A DNA stretch of 64,000 bases, taken from the NCBI GenBank assembly GCA_012295275.1, contig CM022678.1, positions 4,092,001 to 4,156,000 on the forward strand, in the 5' to 3' direction. Position numbers and translations under genes: made by a program. Below the pieces are notes generated by a model. It was not told where the DNA came from. It did no database searches and saw nothing but the letters and a program-made list of their open reading frames with translations. The stretch comes from Chrysomallon squamiferum. Its lineage: Eukaryota; Animalia; Mollusca. Position 1 is the stretch's first letter; the number at the start of each line of letters is the position of its first letter. Positions 23,741 through 37,644 of the stretch are shown here, piece after piece.

Positions 23741-24135
23741 TTAATCAGTAAATTACAATCTGCAACTATCTGTAAATATTAGTACATTAATTAGTAAATT
23801 ACAATCTGCAACTATCTGTAAATATTAGTACATTAGTCAGTAAATTGCAATCTGCGACTATCTGTAAATATTAGTACATTAATCTGTAAATTACAATCTG
23901 CGACTATCTGTAAATATTAGTACATTAATCAGTAAATTACAATCTGCGACTATCTGTAAATGCTAGTACATTAATCAGTAAATTACAATCTGCGACTATC
24001 TTTAAATATTAGTACATTAATCTGTAAATTACAATCTGCGACTATCTGTAAATATTAGTACATTAATCAGTAAATTACAATCTGCGACTATCTGTAAATA
24101 TTAGTACATTAATCAGTAAATTACAATCTGCGACT
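23741..24135 (+). repeat. 46-bp tandem repeat, ~8.5 copies (dimer related to the 23-bp family)
   Basis: Unit ttaatcagtaaattacaatctgcgactatctgtaaatattagtaca. Confidence 0.95.
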
Positions 24136-24879
24136 GAAGACGAGTACATCAGTCGACACGTTTGAGTCCGTTAGTAAATGTTAGTACACTAGTTAGTATA
24201 TATTAGCGCATTAGTCTGTATATATTAGTACATTAGTAAGTTATGACAGTTGAGTGCATTATTCAGTAAATATAAATATATTAGTCAATAAATATAAGTA
24301 TACTGGTCAGTAAATATAAGTATGTTAGTCAATAAATGTGAATTTGCTATTTATTATATCTCAGTACATTAGCCAGTAAATATTATTGTATTCGTGAGTA
24401 AATTCGATTGCAGTAGTCAATGAATATCGGTACATTAGTCAGTATATATTGATGTATTATTTAGTTCATATTTTTCGTTTAGTAATTTAATTTCTGTCAA
24501 TTGGTATATCTCAGCCTGTCAGTCTTTTAGTCAAAAATAGACCTATCAGAGCGTCACTCTATAAATTTGTCCGTTAGTCACTCAGTACATTTTTTGTCCG
24601 TTAATCAGTAAATGTCAGGCCGTAATTTGCAGAATGTACCTGCGTCAGTCAGTGACTTACATCAGTGAATCAGTAAATCTCAGTCTGTCGATAAATAAAT
24701 ATCTCGTCCGTTAATCGGTATATTCGAATCCGTCAATTATATCTGCACGTTTCAGGCTATTGGTATTTACACTTACTATTTTTTTCTAAGTAATTTATTA
24801 GGTGATAATTTCAGTCAGTAGGTCAGTCAATTTCAACTCCATTGTCAAAAAAAAAAAAAAAAACGAAAAAAACCCCCAA

Positions 24880-25949
24880 ACAAGTGAGACTAGTCTGTTA
24901 TTCAAGAAATTCGATTGTTTTATTCTTGCTGGTTAACGTTCATTTTCTATCTGTTGAACTGGAACATCATTTTCGCTCAATTAGACAAATAAAAAATGAA
25001 CTGTTCAGCTAAGCAGTCAAATAGCCTTCCTTGTATCATATTTCGTTATGATGTCTCCATAGTACAATGATCATAATAATGATAATGATAATGATAATAA
25101 TAATGAAATAATAATGATGATGATGATGATAATAATAATAATAATAATAACAACAACAACGACAACAACAACAGTAATTACAGGCCAAAGACATTTCTTG
25201 GTCAACAAAAAGATTGTTTGAAATGTTGTAAGTTTATATCTTTTTCTAATATTCTTCCTGGTGTCGTTGTTTTTCCAGGTCCTGCTTGCATGCATTTAAA
25301 CAGTCATTTTGTATAACATCATTGAATAGTAATAGTAGTAGTAATAATAGCAGTATAGTCATAATAGTAGTAGTAGTTGTAGTAGAGGTCTGTTTTATAT
25401 GTATGTGTACACATGTCTTATATATGCTTGTTAATATGTACGAAGAGTATTTCAAAACTGTATTATATATTTTTATGTATAATACAGTTTTGAAATATAT
25501 ATATATATGTAGTTTTGTTTGCTTCTGCTGACAGGAATACAGAGTTGTCGTTCCTGAAGGGTTATTCTTCACGAATACGGCAAAACCGCTTCATTTCAGA
25601 TGGCTGTTATGTGGGAATTATTTGTAAAATACATAGCAGAACGTGTAAGAAGATGTTCCATTTAATTACTCGATTCAGATATCACTTAACAAACTGTTGT
25701 AGTTCATTCAGTCCTAACTGATATCAGTTTCAACCAGTCCCATCTGTGAAAAGTAATCTGTAACAAAACGAATTTACATCAGTTTGGAATTTAATGACCA
25801 TATAGTTGCCAGTGCTAACGAAAGCTTCCAAAAGAAGGCAATGATCTTAGCCTATTTAGCTAGAACTTACTACAACCGGAATACTTTTATGTACTCATTC
25901 CTTTAAAAACGTTAAATACTGACTTTTATAGAACAGAAAACAATGGTTA

Positions 25950-26039
<90 letters not shown>

Positions 26040-26147
26040 GTATATTTATTTCCTTTTTAAATTGTAATAGAATTGCTTAAGATAATAATAATGATAATAA
26101 TAATAATAATTACAACAACAACAATAATAATAACATTAATAATAAAT

Positions 26148-26214
<67 letters not shown>

Positions 26215-26580
26215 GTAAAAACAACAACCAGAACAATAATAATAATAATGATATACAACATTTTTTTTTATTTTTATAAGCTCTATAGAGATAAAAAAAA
26301 AAAAAAAAAACATTAAATAGAAAAGGTAAGGTCAAAAAGTATATTTCTTTCTAAGAAATAGTTTACGAGGCTTTACAAAGTTCATAAAATTTTTATCTTT
26401 CTTTCTTAGAAATCGTTTACCAAATCTTTATTTTTTTTTTCGTACAAATATTTCACCTTAGGAAAATTAGCTTATGCTAATTTCTTTCTTTATTCTTTCT
26501 GGAAAATTATCTTGTTTTATGAAAACAAACAAAAATTTCCTTTTTCTTTCTAGAAATAGTTTACACAAATTTATAGTTAT
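24880..26580 (+). pseudogene. Exon-less ghost copy of the 5' part of the SRCR gene
   Basis: In order: promoter relic (24880-25068), intron-1 blocks (25185-25330, 25905-25955), intron-2 block (26250-26580), all homologous to gene A/B non-coding DNA; leader and SRCR exon absent. Confidence 0.7.
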
Positions 26581-26777
26581 TAATAGTAGTAGTAATAGTA
26601 GATGTATAGTACTAATAGTAGTGGTAGTTGTAGTAATAGTAGCAATATAGTACTAATAACAGTGATCGTTGTAGTAATAGTAGAAGAATTATTATTATTA
26701 TCGTTTTTGTTGCTGTTGTTGTTATTTTTTAAAATTATTACTATTAATATAATTAATCTATTTTTCTATTTCTATGC

Positions 26778-26809
<32 letters not shown>

Positions 26810-26810
<1 letters not shown>

Positions 26811-26978
26811 CACTGAAGATAAAAAATTATATATATTTATACATTGAAATCAGTTTGGTTCTTATCAATACATAAACTTGGAATAGTTAGGGACTGTATT
26901 CTAGTAACAAGTGATGATAATTAGGTAACTTCAGATCATACAAATAGAGAAGAGTTATCTCCCTTATGTGCCTTAGGT

Positions 26979-27057
<79 letters not shown>

Positions 27058-27385
27058 TTATTTTTGTTTTTAATAAATACAATTTTTGCATTCAAAGAGT
27101 AATAAAAAAAAGATGATGTAATGTTACAAATGTTCTATCTGTAAATATTTGAATATGACGGCCTGGTTACCTGCTAAGACATAACTTTGTTCCGATACGG
27201 TGCATGTGTGTGTATGTATATATAGATAGAGAGATAGAGAGATAGATAGATAGATAAACAGATGCACGCACGCATACATAAACATTACTAATAATAAAAA
27301 AATACTCTATCAGATTAAATAATTCTGTAGATAAATTAGATCAGTTAATGAAATTATTTGATGTTGACCGTAGTAACAAAAATAA
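26810..27385 (+). repeat. Segment directly repeated at ~43455-44010
   Basis: Shared tgaaatcagtttg..ggaatagtt..gataattaggtaacttcagatcat..tctccctta and agattaaataattct..agatcagttaatg. Confidence 0.8.
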
Positions 27386-27745
27386 AGAAAACCGAAAGAA
27401 CAAAATAATTTTGGTAGTTGTAGTGCGAATAGTAGTAGCATAAAAACTGTAGTTGTCGTGGTAGTAGTAGCAACAGTAATAGTAGCACCAGTAGTAGTAA
27501 CAGTAGCAGTAGTCAAATTTATAGCCGTCGTGACAGTAGTACCAGTAGTAATATGGGTACTGGAAGCAATTGTATTCGTTGTACAATTAGTAATAATAGT
27601 ACGAAGTGTATTAATGTACTGTAAATAAAAGTTTTAAAAGAAGACCAAAACAAATTACATTAATTAGGTTTGTACATTATTATTGTTGTAGTTGTTGTTC
27701 CTACTGTTGTTGTTATTCTTGTTGTTGTTGTTGTTGTTGTTGTTA

Positions 27746-27810
<65 letters not shown>

Positions 27811-28104
27811 TATTCCTTCATTTATTGATTTATTTAGTTACCTGGCCGGGTTATTTATTTATTTATTTACCTACTTATTTATTTATGTATTTTTCAAGAC
27901 ATGGGTGTGAACCGATATTGATTACATATGTATCAGAAAAGTGTACACAAACTTGACCTCTATTATTTGCTAAGTAATTTATTATCTGCTAATTTTTATC
28001 AGTCCATTTCAGCTCTATTGTTTTAAAAATCTCAGATGAGTCAGTCATTCAAGAAACCCTGTTATTCTTTTTCTCTCTCTGTTGAACTGACACATTGTTA
28101 TTGC

Positions 28105-28245
28105 TCAACCAATCACGTAAAATATGTAAATGATCTGTTTAACTGTGGAGTCCAATAGTGTTCCTTGTATCAGGTTTTGTTGTTAGGTCTCATTGGTACA
28201 GTGTGACGTCATGTGAGAAAAATATACATTACTCTGTATAACACA
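28105..28245 (+). promoter_or_regulatory. Gene B promoter: CCAAT, CRE, TATA-like
   Basis: CCAAT 28109-28113, TGACGTCA 28204-28211, TATAA 28237-28241, ATG at 28290. Confidence 0.55.
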
Positions 28246-28289
28246 TAGTTTGTATAAGTATTTTATTTGTGTACTGGGCTCTAATAATT

Positions 28290-28500
28290 ATGGACTCACT
28301 GAGATTTGTTCTAATTTCAATATTTCTATCTTCATTAAAAAGAGGTAAATATATTTATTTGTAAACATTTATTTTATTAGTTTCTTGTCTTGATCTCTAT
28401 GTATCTGTCTACACACACTCACACACAATAAGAAACACAACACAAAGGCAAAAAAATATATATATACAGTGACCCACACGTACTAACATACTGAAAAAGA

Positions 28501-28551
<51 letters not shown>

Positions 28552-28705
28552 TCACTCACACACACACACATAGACACACACACGTAAATGTAAATGTATT
28601 TTACCCCTTGCTATATATGAGCATTTTTAATTAGATTTTTTCTCCCAGAAATTTTAAAACTAGATTTAAAATAACAATGTTTAAAAATTATAGTTATTAT
28701 ACCAA

Positions 28706-28753
<48 letters not shown>

Positions 28754-28754
28754 T

Positions 28755-28808
<54 letters not shown>

Positions 28809-29406
28809 GTAATAAGACTTTGCTTGGTCAACAAAAGGTTGTATAAAATGTTGTAAGTTCATATATTTTTTCTAATATTCTTGGTCTCCTTGTTTTGACA
28901 TGTCTTGCATGAATTCACTTTACCAGACAAATTGTATAATGTCATTGAATATATACAATGTAGACTTATGTTATATATGTATTTTTACGCATATGCTCTC
29001 TCTCTATATATATGTATACAGGAAAAAACTGAATAACTGTTTATGCAAAACCAGATCTTCTTATCAATCTTACTAAAGCTTTGACATAGATGAAATTTTG
29101 ATTTGTCTGTTTCTTCGTTTGTTTTTTTGTTGTTGCTACTGTTGCTGTTGTTGTTGCTGCAGTTGTTGTTAGATGGCATTATTAGAGAAAATGTTTTTTT
29201 AAATTAGAATTTACTTTTTACTTTCAGTTGTTGAAACTAAGTGACCGATACGACTAGTGAATGGTAACACCAGGTACGAAGGGAGAGTTGAAATCTACCA
29301 CAATTATCGTTGGGGTTCAATTTGTGATGACGGATTCGGGACACAAGAGGCTCGGGTTGTATGTCGGAGTTTGGGATTTGATACGTATGTCTCATTTCAT
29401 TTTTAA

Positions 29407-29498
<92 letters not shown>

Positions 29499-29960
29499 TA
29501 ATAACAATCAGAGTAATAACAACAATATAATAATAATAATAACAACAACAACAACAACGACAATAATAATAATAAGGCAAAGACATTTCTTGGTCAACAC
29601 AATTTCTCCTGGTCTTTACTTCTTGAGAAGCAATACTTTTTAGATAACAATTGTTTTTCTATAAACTAAAAAGCTATACCTGTATTTGTTTTCGCAAAAC
29701 AATAATTGTTGTCTTGTTTTCTTTCTTAATAAAAACTATCTTTTTTAACATAACAAACTATAATTTTATTTTATTTTTCTCAACATTTCGTTTCCTTTCA
29801 TTAAAAAAAATATAAATAACAAATGCTATCTTTTTATTTATAATGGCAACTGTCTTCATGTCTTTTTGAGGGTGTTTTTTTTCGTATTCTCTTCTGTTGT
29901 CTCTTTTTATTGTTATCTAAATTATTGTTGTTATTGTTATTATTATTACTACTATTATTA

Positions 29961-30031
<71 letters not shown>

Positions 30032-30930
30032 TACGACACATTTTTTATTGTTACAAGCTCTGTACAGATAGAAAAAACCTGATTAAATAGTAGAAATCTA
30101 AGATCATAAAATATCTTGCTTTCTCAGAAAATGTATACGAGATTTCCTCTTTTCTTTCTTACAAATCGTTTCGAAAAACTGACACTTCTTTCTTGTTTTT
30201 CGTACAAATATTTCACCTTAGGAAAATTAGGTAACGCTGACTTTCTTTTTTCTTTCCTTCTTTCTGTAGAAATGTTTTCAATATTTAAGAATAAAAAAAA
30301 AAAAAAAAAAAGATAAAGTAATAAATAAATAAATAAATAAATAAAAATATTTCCTATCTTTCTTTCTTACAAACAGTTTACACAACTTTATCAACATTTA
30401 GAAATATATTCATAATTTACTCTCTTTTCAACTTTTTTGCTGTATCTTTCGCAGAAATCTTTGAAAGGTTAGAATTTTGTATTTTATTTTATTTTTCCCC
30501 TTTATGAAGTCTGAATGCTAGAGCTTATCCAAGAGCTCGTTTCGGACCGAGTCTGGGGCCAATTTGGCTTGATGACGTCAGTTGCACCGGAAACGAACAA
30601 GACCTAGACCAGTGTGCTTTGCGACCCTGGGGGGGATCACAACTGTAATCATGCAGAAAATGTTAGCGTCAACTGTCAAGATAAATTATTTTAAAGGGAA
30701 AAAAATGTTTCCGTTTTTATAAAGATTTTATATATTTCTGTGTATCTCTCTATATGTACATATGTGTGTGCGTGCGTGTTTATATATTCGCAAGAATCAA
30801 CACAAACACAAATAAACATAACGACAGATAGAAAGATATGTAGATGGATAGACATATAACAGTACTACCAGCAGTCTTTTTCTAGTTGTATTTGTTTGTT
30901 TATTTGTTTGTGTATTTGAGTATTTGTATC

Positions 30931-30969
<39 letters not shown>

Positions 30970-33900
30970 TATAAATTTACATGACATGTATATTTGTTAA
31001 TCGATTTACACACATTCAGGCGACGCTAGCCATTCACAAATACGACTCGTAAATGGTGGAACGAGTTATAAAGGCAGACTTGAAATTTATAGAAATGGAC
31101 AATGGGGTTCTGTTTGTGATGCTTCCTTTGGCGCACCTGAGGCTAAAGTCGTCTGCCGCAGTTTAGGCCTTCCAAGGTGAGATAACAGTGAACAGTACTA
31201 ACTGTCATGCGTTAATTCGTGGCAAATTAACTTTTCTCCTTCATTATGCAGTCATGATAATGATGATGATGATGTTGTTGAGGAGGATAATGATAATACT
31301 ACTACATTATTACTAATATTAATAATACTAGTAGCGGTAATATTGGTAGACGTAATTCATGTTTAAATGCATATCCCACTGCACTTCAGTATTCATTTGT
31401 TACTGGATCCATTTTGACATAACTGATTTACATTTTAAGTACAAGAGCGAGAGCCTATTCCGGTGCACGATTTGGATCAAGTACGGGACCCATTTGGCTG
31501 TCTAACGTGAAGTGTCAGGGCAGTGAAGAAAACCTAAACCACTGTTCGTTGACACCCTGGAGTATTAGTGACTGTGACCATAGCGAGGATGTCGGCGTAA
31601 TTGTGGCGGTAATAACATGTCATTAAGTTCATCGATAGGTCCATTGATTGATGAAGACAGTTATAGATAGAGACAGACGGAGATAGACATAGAGATATAT
31701 GTAGATCGAAAGAGAGGTAGACAAAGATATTGAGAGTTACAGAAAGGCATATAGCTCGATAGACAGACATATAGATCGATATAGTTAGCTAGAGCTGTCC
31801 ATTATTAGACATTTAGAGATTGACAGAGATAGTTAGATTAGTCATAAAGGAACAAATAGAGAGATAAACAAAAAGACAGGCAGGATGATCGACAGCTACG
31901 GGTAGAGATTATCTTGGACATTAATATTATTAATTTATTGTTTCTATGTTTTCTTGCTTGCTGATCTTGTTGTTTGATTGATTTCATTATTTCTTTTATT
32001 TTTTTGTTGTTTTGTTGTTATTTTTTCTTCTTGTTTCTCTGCTGTTATTGTTTGCTATTGTTATATTTTTGTATATATAAGTATGAATGTTTACTTTATA
32101 CAATTTACTGTTTTACATATATATTTATAATTGTTGTTCTTCTTTTGCGGCGATCTGGATAGTTTGGTTGTGTGCGTGTGTAAATTTAATTCTTTGTTTA
32201 ACTTATTTATATAATTTATTATTTATGAAGGAAATGTGAAAATATCACAACTGCGACTCGTAAAGGGTAACACGAGGTTTGAGGGCAGAGTTGAAGTTTA
32301 TCACGATGGACAATGGGGTTCTGTCTGTGATGATTCGTTTGGCGAGCCTGAGGCTAAAGTCGTCTGCCGCAGTTTAGGCCTTCCGAGGTGAGATAACAGT
32401 GAACAGTACTAACTGTCATGCGTTAATTCGTGACAAACTAACTTTTCTGCTTCACTATGCAGTCATGATAATGATGATGATATCGATGAGGATGATAATG
32501 ATAATACTGCTAATAGTAACGATATTATTATTAATATTATTAATACTAGTAGCTGTAGTATTAGTAGAAGTGTTTCATGTTTAAATGCATATCCCACTGC
32601 ACTTCAATATTCATTTGTTACTGGATCTATTTTGACATTACTGATTTATATTTTAAGTACAAGAGCGAGAGCCTATTCCGGTGCACGATTTGGATCAAGT
32701 ACTGGACCCATTTGGCTGGATACGGTCAACTGTCAGGGCAATGAAGAAAACCTTGACCAGTGTTCCTTGCCACCGTGGGGTCATAATAACTGTGACCATA
32801 GCGAGGATGTCGGCGTTAAGTGTGTCGGTAATAACATGTCATTAAGTTCATCGATAGATCCATTGATTAATGAAGACAGTTATAGATACAGACAGACGGA
32901 GACAGAGATATAGATCAGTAGAGACATGTATGTAGATCGAAAGAGAGAGGTAGACAAATATATTGGTAGTTATAGAAAGGCTAGAATTACTTGTTTTAAC
33001 GTGAAGTATCAAAATAAGTCCATTGAGAAGACTCTTCGTTTTGATATACACCAATGATTATGATGAGGAGGATTAAGTTTTATGTTTTTTAACACACATT
33101 GCTTGGAGCTGACATCTGCATTATCATAGACTCAGTCTTCTAAACTCATCTGTGTTAAAGTAACCTGAAGAGCAGATCAGAAACTGGTTTCAAATATTGA
33201 GAGTATGAGCACCAAAGACACCAAGTTCTAATACTGAGTCAGAGATATGCTCCCACCAGAAAGTTTTGAAAAAACATGGTGCATTTCTGAGCTTTGTGGA
33301 GACACAATTATCAATTTGAAAGTAATGAAAGTGCATGGTTTTTCATGGACAAATTTTGATGGTTGAGTTTATCAAAGAATTAAGATTATCACTATATTCA
33401 CAGTCATAAGAATTTGGTTCTAAATAACAATCACTAACTTCCCTTGTGCAACCAGCACAACCAGCAATCACTGAATGAAAGTTTATCTCTTAATTATCAT
33501 CCTGCACCCACAGAAATAATACAACAGTATTATTCTACTATTCGTTTGTTTATCATTTAACTTTTAGAAAAATCACTAGCTTAAAATACGAAAGTCACTC
33601 AGTCCTGAATAATCTGAAAGGCTAGGAGCAAATATTCATTTCCCCATGAGTACAAATTTTCTTTTACACTGACATCCGAATTTTTTCAGCTCAAGGGAAG
33701 GAAGCCAAATTCGTCTAATTGACTTATTTTTATTATTCAGTTGCCACTGTTAGACTAGTGAATGGAGGAGGAACTGTGCCCGAGGGTCGAGTTGAGGTTC
33801 TTGTGGGTGGAACGTGGAGTACCGTGTGTGACGACAACTTTGATGAAAAGGATGCTGCTGTTGTCTGTGCCATGATGGGGTACAGTCGGTAATAAAGTAA

Positions 33901-34615
33901 ACGTTTTCTCATTGTTGAGACAATTCTGATAGTCTAAACAATTTTACAAAGCAAAAGCACTTTATTTTCCATTCGCTTTGTGAGTCTAAAACAATATCTC
34001 GTGTTCTAAACATTTTCTTACAGTCTAAACAATTTTTGGTAGTTGAATTATTTGATAATAGTTTAAATAATTCGTAATAGTCCAAACTCATTCAAATAGT
34101 CTAAACAGTTTTATACACTATGCAGTTTTGACAGTTTAAGCAATTCATAATAATCTAAATATATAATGTGTATAATAGTCAAAACAGTTTTATAATAATC
34201 CACACATTTTAAAACATCTAAACTATTTTCTGATGGTTTAAACATATTCCTATAAAGCATGAAATGTCTACCTGTTTGAAGACTTTGGATAGTTAGAAAA
34301 GTGTGTATTAGTCTAAACGTTTAAATACATTTTCTAAAGGACTGCGTAAACAGACAGTTGAGACAGACTCAGATGAGTTCCTGATGTTTTAACGAGTCTG
34401 TGAAATGATCTAATATAAAATGAGAAAGATGTTTGTGATATTTGTGTGCATTTAAAAACGTAGCATTTGTATAGAATTATTTAAATCTAATTTTAAAAAA
34501 TAAAAATTTAATCCTTGTGATTAAGTGAACAGAAAATATTGATTAAATTACTGATTTCTGATGTGATTATGAATGTCTACGAAATAATAACTACTAGAAC
34601 AACAACAACATCATC

Positions 34616-34648
<33 letters not shown>

Positions 34649-35223
34649 AATAATAATAATATAATTAAATAAATAAATTAATTCATTAAAAAATATACAA
34701 AACTAAAAAAAACATCACACCCTCTACTACCTTACTCGTCTTTTAAACTTGTATCTATCAAAGCCTTTACTACTTCTGTATCTGCTAACAACATAATTGT
34801 TACGTCTGATATAATGCCTATTCCTAATAGGACTGTGTATTTCTATTGTCCGCTGTTACATACTTTTATGAAATGTGTTTTTCAGTGCGTTCTGTTGGCA
34901 AAATCTTAATGTTCTTTTTCACATTTCTGTATACAAAATATATAATTCAATTATCTTTAAGCTCTGGTGCTCAAGTAATACGAAATGCTCGGTATGGGAG
35001 AGGTACCGGACCAATTTATCTTGATGACGTTAAATGCACTGGAAGAGAAAACTCTATCCTAGACTGTCCCTATGATTCCGTACATCAAACTGACTCTGAT
35101 CATTCCAAAGATGTTGGATTGAAATGTCAAAGACACACACAGAAAGGTAACGCGCACGAACAACTAATGTTGGCAGTAGCAATAGTATGTAGAAGTAATA
35201 AAGATAGAGAGACACAGCATTAG

Positions 35224-35255
<32 letters not shown>

Positions 35256-35586
35256 GCAGTAGTAGTAGTAGTACTATTAGTAGTAACATATAGTAGTGGC
35301 AGTACCATCACTATACAGAATGCAACTCTACTTACTTATTTATTTACTTACATATTTGTTTGCTTACTTACTTATTTATCTATTACTTTCATAATTATTT
35401 ATTTACATATTTGCTTATATATTTACTTAAATTTCTTACATATTTACTTATTAATTTACTTATTTAGTTTCAGATTATGGAAGACACAGTGGCAATACAG
35501 TTTGTGGACTGTGCGGAGGTCCGCTCTTTATAGCAACAGCAATTCTCTTTATCATCCTGGATCTGCTGGGTAGTGCTGGACAGTAA
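28290..35586 (+). pseudogene. Gene B: inverted paralog of gene A (leader + 4 SRCR + hydrophobic tail), multiply disabled
   Basis: Exons 28290-28344, 29228-29384 (TGA at 29242-29244), 30510-30680 (G7 frameshift; donor GT>AT at 30681), 31020-31176, 31440-31608 (1-nt deletion), 32231-32387, 32658-32827, 33741-33888, 34962-35146 (one SRCR Cys lost), 35474-35586. Confidence 0.88.
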
Positions 35587-35926
35587 TCCGTAAGTTGACT
35601 TTTTATCAGTCTTCAAATGTCTCCATGTTTTATCTTATTTATCCACTCACATATAGAAGAAAAAACAGTGAGGAATGAACAGAATTGGTTCCTGAAAGGA
35701 AATATCTGCCAGAGAACAGTGAAAAATAACGGAAACATGTCAAATTAAAAAGCGAAGGGTTTCACTCAAGAAAATAAATATATAAAAAACGATGTTGATG
35801 AACATATCCTCTACCATTATGAATTTTATATATGTTTTCCTAATATGCGTGTTTTGCTTTTATTTTGTTTTAACATATATCAATATATATTCAAAAAGTG
35901 TTCTGTTTTGTGTGTTTGGTTCATTT

Positions 35927-36026
<100 letters not shown>

Positions 36027-36124
36027 TTTTATTGGTTTCTGAACATTATTGGTTTGTTTTGAAACTAAAGTTAGCTAATAAAATAGGTTTTTGTATTTTG
36101 TTTTATGTTCAAGTCTTTTAAAAC

Positions 36125-36207
<83 letters not shown>

Positions 36208-36299
36208 TAATAATATAATTTTGTTATTGTTATTACATTTATCTTGTTACATTTTCTTCTTTATAATTTTTTTTTTTCTCAGCATACCAAACAATGTTC

Positions 36300-37280
36300 A
36301 TTTAGACTCCGGCAAACTCAGTTGCTTGACGACCCGTTAAAACAGTTGTAAGAACATATCTACGGCTGGGTCTCCTCTTTCTCTATTTCTAACTTCTCTA
36401 TCTCTTTCTCTATCTTGTCATTTTTTTTCTCTTTCTCAGTCGAATGCACGTTTTTATCTTTCGTACTAACTGTTGTTCCATACTCAACTCATTTATCTCT
36501 ATCTATCGGACAATCTCACTTCTTTCTATATCATGCTTATCACCTAAAACTTATTCGATAATAATTTCCCTAATGTCTTAGCTGATGATAACTCAATTTC
36601 CCGCTGACCAACGATTTCAATTAATTTGGTCTTAGGTGCCATGTTTATGTATAGCGAACTTTTTCGCCCTAGTGAACAATGCTGTTTACATCTAGTGGAC
36701 TGCAATAAAAAAAACGTCTAACGTCCCCGTTATTACAAATCACATTTCAAATACCCAGGTTGTCTTGCCTCTAAAGGATCTGTGAATATATAAATAGAGT
36801 AGCACGTTCCTGTACACTAGAAACACAAAAAAATAAAACATATGATACTTTTGACATTGTACTAGCGCTAGCGTGAAACATTCAGCATAGCAGTGTAGTA
36901 CTAGAACAATGGTAATCTCACACAACGATCTCATAAGGGTGATACAAGCAGAACAGCAACTGCACACATAACTAGTTACCCAGGCCCCGTCTGAACTGTT
37001 ACAGTGTTATAGGGCCCTAACATTAATGAAAAAAAAGGAAATAAAATCTCTTCTTTTATTCAAAGAGAAAAGGGACTCGCGTTATCTGTCAACGCGGTTT
37101 GAACGCTGCAGCTCGAATTCTGTCGCCAGGTCTTTCTGTGTAACAGGTATTGTTCCGGAGCCGGTAATCAATCCCGTTTCTCACGACATACATCTAACCC
37201 CTGAACATCCAGCCCTGGGAAACTCACGGCATTTTGTTGAAAGAAATATTTTACAAGCTGAAGGCAAGAACATTCTTCTT
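36300..37280 (-). mobile_element. Inverted-arm copy of the Gypsy relic, internally deleted
   Basis: Reverse complement of ~10470-11995, lacking the ~11490-11925 equivalent including most 73-bp repeats. Confidence 0.65.
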
Positions 37281-37493
37281 TCAGTGTTTTTTTTTTTTTT
37301 TTTTTTTTTTTCTAACGTGTTAAATAGTTAGTCGTTAGCAAACATGCTACTGTATCAGTTAGAATGCAATTCACTCAGAGCTTCGAAATATAACCACTCG
37401 CATTAAGTTCATTATCGTGCTGCAGCAAAACAAATTCGAAAGCATAATTTTTATTATTATTTATATATATGTGATAATAATAAAAATTATGCT

Positions 37494-37540
<47 letters not shown>

Positions 37541-37608
37541 ATTATAATAAAAATTATGCTTTGAATATATATGTATATTTTTATTATAATCACATAATTA
37601 CATATATA

Positions 37609-37644
<36 letters not shown>

